From positions 1 through 58,931 of IMG/VR virus record IMGVR_UViG_3300042466_000346: a stretch of 58,931 bases of DNA, one strand, 5' to 3'. Positions within the stretch are counted from its first letter, which is position 1; every line of letters starts with the position of its first letter. The translations under genes and the position numbers were made by a program. This stretch comes from a virus (taxonomy: Duplodnaviria; Caudoviricetes). Shown here in pieces: positions 46,913 through 57,453 of the stretch. The notes under the pieces were generated by a model, which had not been told where the DNA came from, ran no database searches, and saw only the letters and a program-made list of their open reading frames with translations.

Positions 46913-49900
46913 ATGATTTGTCCTAATTTAAATGATCCAGAGGTAAAAGCTAAGTTTGATCAACTGCTTAGTGTAGTACCTGAATATGCTTATTACCTCT
47001 GGGATAAGTATGAGGGAGAAGTTCCTGCTAAATACTACAACCTAAGTACAGTAGCCCCTGGACTAGGAACATCCGTTACTACTGTTGAGAATGCTATTAA
47101 AAGTAACCTACCAAAAGAAATTAGTAATGCTGTTAGTGTAGTGGACCTTGTTCCCTTAGATATACTTGGTAGAGAGGATCTATTCCTTTCTATGAAGGAG
47201 ATCCTGAACGAGAATGGAATTACAGATGAACTTTTAATTAACTGGGCTGGTAAGAACAAAGCAGTAATTGGAAATATAAAAAAGTTTAGGTCTACAGAAC
47301 AACTTGAGAAAGTAGTTGATACTATATATAACAACAAAGCTAAGGTAGAGAACCACGTTGAACTTAAGTCAAATGAGTTAGCTTTAAATAGTTTTAAAAA
47401 GTGGGTAGAAGCCTTAGAGAAGTACCCAGTACCTTTTAGAGACTTAATGTTAACTCACGCTATTAAGTACTTGAATCCACAAAGAAGGTCTAAGTATGTT
47501 TTACAGTTAAGCAAGGTAGCACTTCAGAAAGCGTATGGCATAGTTGTAAACAAACCTCACGAAGCTAATAGGATAGGTAAACTATATGATGAAGAGGTTC
47601 TAGCTACTTTATCAGATTCTGTAGATCATGAACCTTCTGCTAGTGGTAAGGGATATTGGGTGCATGTGCCTAGAACAGCTAAAACTGATGAAAAATTATC
47701 AGATAGAGAACAATACAAAACAAATGTAGAAACTCTTAGAAAACTGTCTCCCTCTACTTGGTGTACTTCTGGTTCTATGACAGAATATTACGTACAAAAC
47801 TATGATAATTACTTACTGATTGTAGATGGTATTACTGTTGCAGGGATTGAGGTAGGAATAAATAACACAAGCTCTAGACAATTACATGGTACTAAAGTAT
47901 TTTATCTTTTTAAATCTGATGGTTATTTAAAAGATGGGTATGCTATTTATTCTGATAGAAAAGAAGAACTTGATGATAAAAATTTATTAACTTCTGAAAC
48001 AACTAAAAACCCAAGTGGAGTAGAATTTACTTATATAAACCTAAAGGAAGAAGATAAAGAAAAAAGACCAGTAAAAGAAGTTACATCAAGAGCTAACAAT
48101 GGGGTAGCACCAATAGATCATTTAGATGATATAATAGCATTTTTTGAAAAGCATAACTTAGACTTAAACAATAATTCTGTTAAAAGAGCTCAACAATTAA
48201 AGTCTGAAGGAAAAGTAGATTCTGAGTATAAAGAAGAATTTCAAGGTTATATAGATCCATTTGACTACGAAGGACAGCCAGATTTTTATGATCCAGATTA
48301 TGATTTTGATGTAGACCAGTACGAAGAATTAAGAGCAGAGGAGAGAAATAGAAGGCAATTAATTGCAGCACAATTGATTTCTGTAGAAGAAACTCTAGAC
48401 AATCTTGAATTACTAGCATTACAAAACGAGAACAATGTTTTTCAGCAAATTCCCCAAGAACTTAGAGATGACGAAACTGTAGCAAGAAGGGCAGTTCTTT
48501 TAGACCCCCATAACATAAGACACATAAGTACTAACGTTCCTTTTTACAGAGAACTTGCAACTGAGGTTGTTACTAATACTCCTTATATCTGGAGTTACCT
48601 ACCAGAAGAAGGTAGAAATATACCTGGATTAGAGGAAATATACCGACAGTATAATCTAGAAGATGACCTTCCTTTCTCTAAAACTAGTTCAAAACAAATA
48701 CAAGGGTACTATGATCCTAAGAATGATAAAGTCGTAGTAGTAGCATCTAATGTATCTCCAGAAGAAGCCCCTAAGGTTGCTATTCACGAAGTAGCCCACA
48801 GAGGTATGCTTAGGATGGCTAAAGAGTTGAAAGGAACGAAGGAACTTTATCAAGTATTGTTTAACTCTGAGAAGGAGTTAATGAAAAAACTTCCTGAGTT
48901 ACTTAAGAGAACTGGACATACAAACATAGAAAGTTTGTTACAAGACTATGGATTTAGTACAGAGTCAGAAGAAGGTAAAGCAAAACTCCTAATGGAGTTG
49001 GCAGCAAGATGGGCAGAGACTTTAGTAGATAAACCTAAACCTACTTGGTGGAAACAATTCTTGTCAGGTATTCAACAGTGGGTAAAAAACTTTACAGGTA
49101 AGACCTTAAATGAGGCTGAAGTAAACGAGTTGGTAGGTGGATTTGTTAGATATGGTACTGCACCTGTATCTAACGTCATGTATAGTAAGGCTACTCTAGA
49201 TGACATTAAGAATCATTACTTAAGACTAGAGGTAAATTTAAAGCTTGCACAGGACCTACTGAAAAACCCTGAGTACGTTAGTCTAGATAGCTACAGTAAG
49301 AAGATTGCCTACATATCTAACAAAGTATGGCAGTCTGAAACTCAGAAGATTAAAGACAGGCCTTCTGTGACCTTGATTGGTAATAGAATCTACCACACTA
49401 GTACCGAGTACGTAAAGCCACACCAGATTCTTGGCTATGCTGATACTACCGCTTTAAAGATTAACAGTAAATACATCATCAACGGAGGCAAGAAGATCGC
49501 TTGGGCAAGGTACGATGACTCTGGAGTATACGTAGAGATTGACCCTCGATACAACTTTGCTGCTGATATAGTTGACCTAGTAGAAACCGTAGAAGAGGAA
49601 GAGATACGTGCTGAGATTGAAATGATGGGTTTGCAGGAAGCATTAGATGCTGAGAAGCATGCATTGATGGAGAAGTTAATCCAGTCAAATGAATTGTTAA
49701 TTGACGGAGAAGTATTGCCGCTAAGTAATGTTATGTTCCAAAAGACCATGGAGTTATCTAATGTTCTTAAGAGAGGTAACGTACGTAAGTTTGGGCAAAT
49801 CTTTGACAAGTTGGTAGCTAAGTTCCCAGGTGTAACCTGGGCATGGGATACTAGTATTGATGGTGCTGCTCGTGTAGATCTAGCAACCGGACAGATACTT

Positions 49901-52900
49901 GTTAATCCTTACTTGGTAAAAGAAGATACTGCTTGGCATGAGTTCTCACACTTTATTATCAGAGGTCTAAGGACTTCTAATCCAGAAGCGTTTAGTAAAC
50001 TTGTCGCTCAAGTAGAAAAATTGCATGCAGAGAATCCTACAGGATCATCTCAAGCTTATGTAGAGGCTAACTACCCTGAGTTAAAAGGTACTGCAGAGTT
50101 CTGGGAGGAAGTAATTGCTACTGAGGTTGGTTCCCAAGCAACCGAGTACACTCCAAAGACAGGTCTTTACAATACCATTGTACAGTTCTTTACAGATATC
50201 TTAACTGATTTAGGATTTGTAACTCCTAAGTTTGATACATTGGGAGACATCGTAACAGCGTTATATAATCCTAACTTTGAGTTTGAGTTCTACCCAACTA
50301 ACTCTGAAGTATCCGATTACATGTTCAGTAGGGTTATGCCTAAGGATATAGATGCGTTCACTGAGCATTTGATGCGTGACCCAAATAATCCAGATGACTT
50401 TAGTCCTGCCATTAAGCAGATTCAGTTAATATCTGATGCAATCACTGACCAAGAGTTTGCACGTTTGATGGACACCAACAAGTACTTTACTAGTGAAGAG
50501 ATTAGAAAGTCAACTTCTCTAAGACAAGCAGGTGCCGTATTCGAGTCTTCTAAAGGTCGGATAAAGGCCATGGCTACCAAAGAGGATGTAGCAGAGGCTG
50601 TACTAGATTTGGCAAACTACATGCAGTACATGTCAATCTACTTTCAAGGATTGATTGACCACTTGCAGACACTTAGCCAAGACCCTAACATACCTCCTGG
50701 AAAAAAGCTAGGCGATATTCACAGGGCTTTCAAACAAGCATTAGTTGTACAGAGACACATAGAAGAAATCACTGGAGATAGATTTAACAATCAAGGAGCG
50801 TTAGCTAGAAGTGTATTCAAGCCTAACACAGTTTCATCTATCGTACAGTTGGCTCAGACTTCTGCTAAGCAAGAGGTAAACACTAATCCTTTCTTGAAGA
50901 ACTTGTTCTGGTTGAAACAGTCGCTTAACTCTATTGTTGAGAAGCACAACCAATACATTCAAGAGCCTATTCTAGATGAACTTTCTGAGTACTACGAAGA
51001 GGCTACCAAAGGATTGATTGAAACTATTAACCAAGACATTCAACAACTAGATTCTCAGTTGTCTAAGAAGTCTTTTGATGTAGTAGGTCAAGCTAATAAA
51101 AACAATGCAGACCGTACTTACCGAAACCGTGTTGTACGTGCTATCAGTAAGGTGGGTAACGGGGTAGATTCTAAATTTGTAGTAACCTATACAGACGGAG
51201 CTATTCAAGAGTTTACAAACTTTAGGCAGTTTAAGCTGTCATTTGAGTTGCCTGTATCTGTAGGTAATATCTTAAATAGAATCCAAGACAGTAAAGACGA
51301 CTACACCAATAAGCTTCCTACACGAGAGAACTTGTCTAAGTTACTTATGGATACTAATAGTGAGTTGTTTGCTGCGTTTGACACAGCCACTACCACTAAG
51401 AACCCAGGAATACAACTTGTAGCCAGTTACTTGAAAGGCATGGATATCTCGCATAGAGGTTCTTTGACTACCCTACGTAGTGAGATGGAGAACTTAATGC
51501 AAGATATCATCGCTGAGGAGGGTGCACAGTTTGGCGGATCTATCGTAGACGTTAAGAGTTTCTACAAGCCTTACTACAGGGAGACTTTCTTGTACGAGGT
51601 AGTTGATGGAGTACTTAACAAAGACAAGCGTATCTTAGTTTTAAATACTGCTACCAAGACAGTAGAGATGCGTAACTACATGACTGAGCAGAACTACAAC
51701 ATTCAACATGGTATGGATGATGTGGCTGACTTAGACCCGACTGACATGAGTGCCGAGGCAGTTGCTAGGCGCAGTGCTGCGGAACAGAAAGTACAGGAGG
51801 CAATTGAGAACCTTGAGAAGTTCAAAGAACAGTATACTGAACGTCCGTTCACTGATAAATACTATGAGATTCAAGCCAAGCTACCTGTAGAGATTCGTAA
51901 CAAGCGTAACAGCATCTACCAAGAGATGGCTGCTGTTAGAGAAGCTTTCGTAGGTGGTGAGATTACAGAAGAAGCGTTTGAATTACTCCGCTTAAACCAA
52001 GCAGAGTTGGATGACATGGAATCTCTTTACGATTCTTTAGGTAATCTTAAACAGGGAGAAGCCTATGATGTAGCAAAAGCAATCATCGATTGGAAGACTG
52101 CTAAGTCAAATACCGAGATTCCTCAGTTGGATGCCAATGGTATGCCGTTGCTGGATGCCAAAGGTCAGCCTATCGTGAAGATAGTACCAACTACTGTTTA
52201 TCCTAAACTATCCGATGAGACCTTAAACGTATTCACCAGGACACTTTCTTCACGTAAACAGAAGTTACAGTCAGCTATTGCTGCTGCTGAGAGTCAATAC
52301 AAGGCTGCACAGAATGATTCTGCTAGACAGTTGGCTCTTAGATTAAAACAAGATGCTTACGATGAGTATAATCGTTGGGCTTCTATCTACACACGTACTA
52401 CTTACTCTCAGGCTTTCTATGACGAGCGTGCTTTAATTACTAGTGAGATTCAACAGTTGTTGGGTGACAGAGGTGATAACCTAACTGAGTTGTATGAGAA
52501 TCTATTTAACTTGCTTAAGGGTAAGAAAGATAGAAATGGTGAGTACATGCCTAACGAAGTTAGTGATGGTCAACGTCAGACTGCTAAAGAACTAGAAGAA
52601 CGTATCGAGGAGATTAAAGGTCTTACTCGTCAGAACTCTCCCTTAGATAAAGACACTAAGGAAAAGTTAGTAGTACTTGTCCAAAAACTTCAAGACTTAC
52701 AGAGTAACGTTAACTCAAAAGCCTACGAGAAAACTGTAGAGGACATCAAAGCAAGTTTGCGTACTCAGATAGCTACAGCTAATCCTACATTAGATAGTTC
52801 TTCTATTGAGAGACTTGTAAGCCAGGCATTTAAACAGTCTGCTTGGTACGCAGATAACCACATTAAAAAAGTAAGATACGATTCTCAGAGAGAGGAAACT

Positions 52901-55345
52901 GTTCTTGTAGAGGAGCCTATCTTTATGTGGAGAGTAACTAGGCCTAATGATGAGTCTTATATTGAGGAAGAAGCTCCTTCATTCCTGTGGTTTAGTCCTA
53001 AAGTAAGTACAGAGTTTCAGAACCCTAACCACGTGTTGGGAGAAACTACCTTCAAGGAGACTACCTCAGGTCCTTACTATAACGCTAACTATGATAGTTT
53101 AAGAAGCAATCAGAAAGTTCTGCTTGGTCGTATGCGTGATGCACTGAACGGTGCACAGTCTGAACTTTACAAAAAGGATAAGTTAGGTGATATTATCCCC
53201 GGAATCTATAAGACAGGAGGTGAATTATTCATTGACTTGATTACAGGTAGATCTAATCCGTTAAAACGTTGGTGGAATCAACAAAAGGAATGGTTGTTAG
53301 GTGAAACACGTCAGGCATTGGGTGATGAGGATGAAACTTTTGGTATTGCAGAACAAACAGATGCTTTTGGAGAACCTATTACTAGAGAGTCTCGTAAGTT
53401 ATTCGTAAGATATAGCCGTCCTATGGCTGCAGAAGAACAGTCTTATGATATTATGACTGCCATTGCTTCTTACTCAGCATCTGCTGCTAGGTTTAGAACT
53501 CATCGTAAGTACCAATCTACTATTCTGGCAATGGAAGAATTGCTTAGTGGTAGAAAGGCACCTGCTTCTTTGTTAAATAAACAGGGTTCTTCAAGCAATA
53601 AAGTAATTGGTGATTTGATTGACCGTCAGTTGTATGGTAAAGGAGTAAATAATCCTAAGAACGTTTTTGCTAAAGTAGCCAATGGTATTCTACATGGTGC
53701 AGGTAGACTTGCCGGTGCTAAGAGTTTGGGTTTTAACGCCATCTCTTTGTTCCCTAACTACTTTAACGGTTACAAGAACAACTTGGCAGACCGTAGATTC
53801 TATGACTTGAGTTACAGCGATTACTTGGCTGCCTACAAAGAGACTATGGGATTGTCTTTAGACTTTATCACTGGTCATGCTCAGACAGGTAATAAGCCTC
53901 TACGTATGCAGATCATTGATTTCTTTGGGGGAACTCAATCTAACTACGAGCAAGAGTTTAAGGAGTTGTCTAACAAAGGAGTCTTTAAGTATTCTAAGTT
54001 CCATAAGTTTGTCTCTAACTTAAGGGAGTACACTGAATATGATATTGCTGCGCAGACAACGTTTGCCATGCTTAATAAATATCGTGTACCTCTAACTACT
54101 GGTGGAGAGATTAAGCTTAAAGATGCTTTCCACATAGTAAACGGGGCACTTGCTATCAAACCTGACGTAGTAGTTTCTCCTCAGTTGCTTAGAAAGATTA
54201 AGGATGAGATATCTACCGCTAACTATCGTGCACAGGGTGTATACGATAGTATCGGACAACCTACTGTAGCCAAGTACGCTTTGGTACGCCAACTTCTGTT
54301 TTTGAAGAAGTGGGTTCCTATGCATGCTAAGACAGAGTGGGGAGTAGGAAACATTCACTATGGTGCCGGTGTTAAGACTGTAGGTGCCAACTTAGCAATG
54401 ATGCGTTTTCTTCAACAGACTTTCTTTGAGTATGGAAGATTCTGGGAAGCAAGTAAAAACTTGACTAAGGCAGAGAAGGCAGCATTGGCTAAATTTAGAT
54501 TTAACTTCTTTGCTTACTTGACTCTAGGTAATGTTATCAGTCAGATGGCTTTGTCTCTTGAGTGTGAAGATGACGGAGAGGCTGACTGGAAGGACTACGT
54601 TTGTTTCTTGTCAAAGAAAATAGCTAACGAAGCTGAAGGTGTATTCACTCTTTGGGGCATGAACGAAATGTTGTTTACTTATGTACAAGAGCAAGCAAAC
54701 GGTACAGGATTCTTCGAGAAGTTAGGTTGGTCTGTTTTTGGTCCGTTCAGTGTATTTAGAAAGTTTGTAGATTGGGACAATGGTTTGTATAGCACAGACC
54801 CTTACTACAAGTATCGACCTAACTCTGATAAGATTGATTGGGATAAAACGCACCCAACCCAAGCAGGTAAGCCTGGTTTAGGTGTACTTGCAATGGAGAT
54901 ACTAGGAACTAAAGGTGCTATGTTAGGATTAGATGCTAAGTCTATCGAGTTCCAGAACAGAGCATTTAACAGTTACACTCCTAAGACGTACACGAAAGAG
55001 TTGCGTACTCGTTACCTTGAAAATCATGATGGTCTTGAGACTATGAAGACTCGTACAGAAGAAGCTCAAGCTAAAAAGCAGTACAAGAAACAGCTTAAGC
55101 AACTACAGAAAAGAGTATCTGCATTTGAAGCCGCTGGTGAAGATGTGCCTCAGGAAATCTACGATGAGATGGAAGTATTAAACTCTAACTACTCTGTAAG
55201 ATTAAGTGAGATTCAGGCAGGACGTGAACCCAACAAAGTATTTACAGGAGTGAAACCATTCTATATGTCAAGGCCAGGATTAGACTTAGAGGAAGAAGAA
55301 ATTTCTCAAGCAGTTGAAGCTCCAAGTTCTGATGAGTTTGATTAA
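46913..55345 (+). CDS. Giant polyvalent virion cargo protein with two zincin-like HExxH domains
   Basis: MICPN N-terminus typical of the crAss post-RNAP giant protein; HEVAH (48785), HEFSH (49937), WCT module, large helical C-terminal region. Confidence 0.72.
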   Translation: MICPNLNDPEVKAKFDQLLSVVPEYAYYLWDKYEGEVPAKYYNLSTVAPGLGTSVTTVENAIKSNLPKEISNAVSVVDLVPLDILGREDLFLSMKEILNENGITDELLINWAGKNKAVIGNIKKFRSTEQLEKVVDTIYNNKAKVENHVELKSNELALNSFKKWVEALEKYPVPFRDLMLTHAIKYLNPQRRSKYVLQLSKVALQKAYGIVVNKPHEANRIGKLYDEEVLATLSDSVDHEPSASGKGYWVHVPRTAKTDEKLSDREQYKTNVETLRKLSPSTWCTSGSMTEYYVQNYDNYLLIVDGITVAGIEVGINNTSSRQLHGTKVFYLFKSDGYLKDGYAIYSDRKEELDDKNLLTSETTKNPSGVEFTYINLKEEDKEKRPVKEVTSRANNGVAPIDHLDDIIAFFEKHNLDLNNNSVKRAQQLKSEGKVDSEYKEEFQGYIDPFDYEGQPDFYDPDYDFDVDQYEELRAEERNRRQLIAAQLISVEETLDNLELLALQNENNVFQQIPQELRDDETVARRAVLLDPHNIRHISTNVPFYRELATEVVTNTPYIWSYLPEEGRNIPGLEEIYRQYNLEDDLPFSKTSSKQIQGYYDPKNDKVVVVASNVSPEEAPKVAIHEVAHRGMLRMAKELKGTKELYQVLFNSEKELMKKLPELLKRTGHTNIESLLQDYGFSTESEEGKAKLLMELAARWAETLVDKPKPTWWKQFLSGIQQWVKNFTGKTLNEAEVNELVGGFVRYGTAPVSNVMYSKATLDDIKNHYLRLEVNLKLAQDLLKNPEYVSLDSYSKKIAYISNKVWQSETQKIKDRPSVTLIGNRIYHTSTEYVKPHQILGYADTTALKINSKYIINGGKKIAWARYDDSGVYVEIDPRYNFAADIVDLVETVEEEEIRAEIEMMGLQEALDAEKHALMEKLIQSNELLIDGEVLPLSNVMFQKTMELSNVLKRGNVRKFGQIFDKLVAKFPGVTWAWDTSIDGAARVDLATGQILVNPYLVKEDTAWHEFSHFIIRGLRTSNPEAFSKLVAQVEKLHAENPTGSSQAYVEANYPELKGTAEFWEEVIATEVGSQATEYTPKTGLYNTIVQFFTDILTDLGFVTPKFDTLGDIVTALYNPNFEFEFYPTNSEVSDYMFSRVMPKDIDAFTEHLMRDPNNPDDFSPAIKQIQLISDAITDQEFARLMDTNKYFTSEEIRKSTSLRQAGAVFESSKGRIKAMATKEDVAEAVLDLANYMQYMSIYFQGLIDHLQTLSQDPNIPPGKKLGDIHRAFKQALVVQRHIEEITGDRFNNQGALARSVFKPNTVSSIVQLAQTSAKQEVNTNPFLKNLFWLKQSLNSIVEKHNQYIQEPILDELSEYYEEATKGLIETINQDIQQLDSQLSKKSFDVVGQANKNNADRTYRNRVVRAISKVGNGVDSKFVVTYTDGAIQEFTNFRQFKLSFELPVSVGNILNRIQDSKDDYTNKLPTRENLSKLLMDTNSELFAAFDTATTTKNPGIQLVASYLKGMDISHRGSLTTLRSEMENLMQDIIAEEGAQFGGSIVDVKSFYKPYYRETFLYEVVDGVLNKDKRILVLNTATKTVEMRNYMTEQNYNIQHGMDDVADLDPTDMSAEAVARRSAAEQKVQEAIENLEKFKEQYTERPFTDKYYEIQAKLPVEIRNKRNSIYQEMAAVREAFVGGEITEEAFELLRLNQAELDDMESLYDSLGNLKQGEAYDVAKAIIDWKTAKSNTEIPQLDANGMPLLDAKGQPIVKIVPTTVYPKLSDETLNVFTRTLSSRKQKLQSAIAAAESQYKAAQNDSARQLALRLKQDAYDEYNRWASIYTRTTYSQAFYDERALITSEIQQLLGDRGDNLTELYENLFNLLKGKKDRNGEYMPNEVSDGQRQTAKELEERIEEIKGLTRQNSPLDKDTKEKLVVLVQKLQDLQSNVNSKAYEKTVEDIKASLRTQIATANPTLDSSSIERLVSQAFKQSAWYADNHIKKVRYDSQREETVLVEEPIFMWRVTRPNDESYIEEEAPSFLWFSPKVSTEFQNPNHVLGETTFKETTSGPYYNANYDSLRSNQKVLLGRMRDALNGAQSELYKKDKLGDIIPGIYKTGGELFIDLITGRSNPLKRWWNQQKEWLLGETRQALGDEDETFGIAEQTDAFGEPITRESRKLFVRYSRPMAAEEQSYDIMTAIASYSASAARFRTHRKYQSTILAMEELLSGRKAPASLLNKQGSSSNKVIGDLIDRQLYGKGVNNPKNVFAKVANGILHGAGRLAGAKSLGFNAISLFPNYFNGYKNNLADRRFYDLSYSDYLAAYKETMGLSLDFITGHAQTGNKPLRMQIIDFFGGTQSNYEQEFKELSNKGVFKYSKFHKFVSNLREYTEYDIAAQTTFAMLNKYRVPLTTGGEIKLKDAFHIVNGALAIKPDVVVSPQLLRKIKDEISTANYRAQGVYDSIGQPTVAKYALVRQLLFLKKWVPMHAKTEWGVGNIHYGAGVKTVGANLAMMRFLQQTFFEYGRFWEASKNLTKAEKAALAKFRFNFFAYLTLGNVISQMALSLECEDDGEADWKDYVCFLSKKIANEAEGVFTLWGMNEMLFTYVQEQANGTGFFEKLGWSVFGPFSVFRKFVDWDNGLYSTDPYYKYRPNSDKIDWDKTHPTQAGKPGLGVLAMEILGTKGAMLGLDAKSIEFQNRAFNSYTPKTYTKELRTRYLENHDGLETMKTRTEEAQAKKQYKKQLKQLQKRVSAFEAAGEDVPQEIYDEMEVLNSNYSVRLSEIQAGREPNKVFTGVKPFYMSRPGLDLEEEEISQAVEAPSSDEFD

Positions 55346-55349
55346 CCTC

Positions 55350-55379
55350 TTGACTTATTTATAAATAAACTTAACTTTG
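55350..55379 (+). promoter_or_regulatory. Bacteroidota sigma-A promoter
   Basis: TTG 55350-52, 19-nt spacer, TAACTTTG 55372-79. Confidence 0.8.
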
Positions 55380-55417
55380 TAATGTCGGACGCAAGTCGGT
55401 TTTAATAACGAAAGAAA

Positions 55418-55720
55418 ATGGATAATTATCAACAAGTAAACGAACAAGGAAAACGCTTGAGAGCGATTTCAGCACACACTGGACTTTCTGTAGGCTCTGG
55501 AGGCTTTAAACGCCACGGCACAGGTACTGTATCAAACGTACGCTACAATGCACTAGTAGTACAAGAAGATACTGTATTCACAGAATTTCTTGTCAATGGT
55601 GCTTCTGAGTTGTCTAACAATGGTATGAGTACTATCACCTTCAAGCAAGGAGCATTTCTTCCTGGAGGAGTGATTACAGGATTTGCTATCTCTTCAGGTA
55701 GTGTAATTGCCTATAAGTAA
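55418..55720 (+). CDS. Small beta-rich virion-associated protein
   Basis: 100 aa ending SSGSVIAYK; translationally coupled to the fibre gene. Confidence 0.55.
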   Translation: MDNYQQVNEQGKRLRAISAHTGLSVGSGGFKRHGTGTVSNVRYNALVVQEDTVFTEFLVNGASELSNNGMSTITFKQGAFLPGGVITGFAISSGSVIAYK

Positions 55721-57453
55721 TGATACAAGGCATTGGATTGGGCATTGGAATCAATCGTTCCAACTATGCCCAAGGGATTTTTTCGGCTTATCAGAGTCGG
55801 GTTGTTGCCGATGGTGGAGTAACTGAGGCGGGTGCTTGTGTAAATGCAGTAAGTTCGTTATTGCAGTCAGCATCATTGTTGCTCATTCCATCGGGCTACA
55901 AGTCGGGCAAAGCATATGCCGAAATTCCCACCAACGGAAACGGTGATTTAACTTGGACACGGGCGAGTGATGCTTGGCGTACAAATGCCGATGGGTTGAT
56001 TCAACGAGTTCCGTGGAATTTGTTGTCAAACACAAATACTTTTAGCAGTTGGAGTTTAGAAGGTGGAGCATTGACAAGCGGTTTTGCTGACCCAGAAGGC
56101 GGATTAACTGCATATAGATATGTCCAAACAACTGGTGGACTTTATTCGGGTAGTTCTACGGCAACATCAGGTAATAAAACTGCATCTATATGGTTGAGAA
56201 GTGTTTCGGGTACATCAATCACTTGTAATCTTCAAGATGGCGGAAGTGGAAATAATACAGTTGTTACTGTTACGGGCGATTGGCAATTATTTACCGCTAC
56301 ATATACAACATCTACATCAAGACCATCTTTATATGTATGGGGAATTTCAAACGCATCAGGGATTTTTGTTTGGCATCCACAATTAGTAGAAGGCAGTTCA
56401 GCCCAAACCTATTTCCCCACAACCGATAGGTTGAATGTACCCCGTCTATCCTATATGTACGGCAGTTGTCCTGCGTTGTTGTTAGAACCGCAGAGGACAA
56501 ATGTATTTCAAAATAGTGGATGGACTGGGGGAGGTGCTACACCTACTGGGTGGACATCTTTTATTAGTGGTAGCACAACTGCACTTGCATCAATAAAAAA
56601 TTTAAGTGTTACTGCGTATCGTTTTAGCGGAACATCACAAAGGACTTTTTTTGTTAATTCAATATCCGTTACAAGCGGAACAACCTACACAATTAGTTTT
56701 TATGTTGAAAGCGTAACAACTGCCGCAGAAATACAACAATGCGTTTCTTTTGGTTCGTCAACATCTTCAACATACTACAAAAATGGCGTTGCGATTACAT
56801 CATTAACATTGGTTGAAGCGGGGAATTTATATTCCGTTACTTGGGTTGCAGGTACGACAGCAACTGCCGACATGAGAATTGGAATCGGAACGCAATCAAA
56901 TGTAACTGCGAACATCGTTATATCTATGCCCCAAATGGAACAAGGGGCGTATCCCACAACATTCATTTTGTCACCCGTTGGTGCATCAGCCACCCGTATT
57001 GCCGATTCATTCTCACGCAATAACATCTACACCAATGGTTTGATTACATCAAGTGGGGGTACTTGGTTTGTGGAGTTGAGGGGGAATTTGAGTTATACAA
57101 GGGATAACACGCAAAATCAATTACTTTTTTCGGACACAGGTTTGACAAATTTTTTCCGTTTAAGAAATGACGGAACACCAAATACAAGGTTGAGAATTCA
57201 AAAAAATGTTTCGGGTACAACAAGCGACCTTTTCTTAACAAATACCGACACCGTAAAATTTGCGATTAAATGGAATGGCAGTACTGCGGATGTGTTTGTG
57301 AATGGTACAAAGGAAGTAAGTGCAACATCATTTACCGCTACTCAATTACAAGATTTAACAGTAAATCCACAAGTTCCAATTTTTGTTCAAGCAATGGGAT
57401 TTTATACAACCCCGTTGAGTGACACTCAATGTCAAACCCTTACCACCTTATGA
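55720..57453 (+). CDS. Fibre/spike receptor-binding protein with carbohydrate-binding-like and LamG-like domains
   Basis: LTWTRAS, LLLEPQRTN, two QL/MExG...Y/F linkers, C-terminal FAIKWNG...VFVNG...LSDTQCQTLT. Confidence 0.65.
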   Translation: MIQGIGLGIGINRSNYAQGIFSAYQSRVVADGGVTEAGACVNAVSSLLQSASLLLIPSGYKSGKAYAEIPTNGNGDLTWTRASDAWRTNADGLIQRVPWNLLSNTNTFSSWSLEGGALTSGFADPEGGLTAYRYVQTTGGLYSGSSTATSGNKTASIWLRSVSGTSITCNLQDGGSGNNTVVTVTGDWQLFTATYTTSTSRPSLYVWGISNASGIFVWHPQLVEGSSAQTYFPTTDRLNVPRLSYMYGSCPALLLEPQRTNVFQNSGWTGGGATPTGWTSFISGSTTALASIKNLSVTAYRFSGTSQRTFFVNSISVTSGTTYTISFYVESVTTAAEIQQCVSFGSSTSSTYYKNGVAITSLTLVEAGNLYSVTWVAGTTATADMRIGIGTQSNVTANIVISMPQMEQGAYPTTFILSPVGASATRIADSFSRNNIYTNGLITSSGGTWFVELRGNLSYTRDNTQNQLLFSDTGLTNFFRLRNDGTPNTRLRIQKNVSGTTSDLFLTNTDTVKFAIKWNGSTADVFVNGTKEVSATSFTATQLQDLTVNPQVPIFVQAMGFYTTPLSDTQCQTLTTL

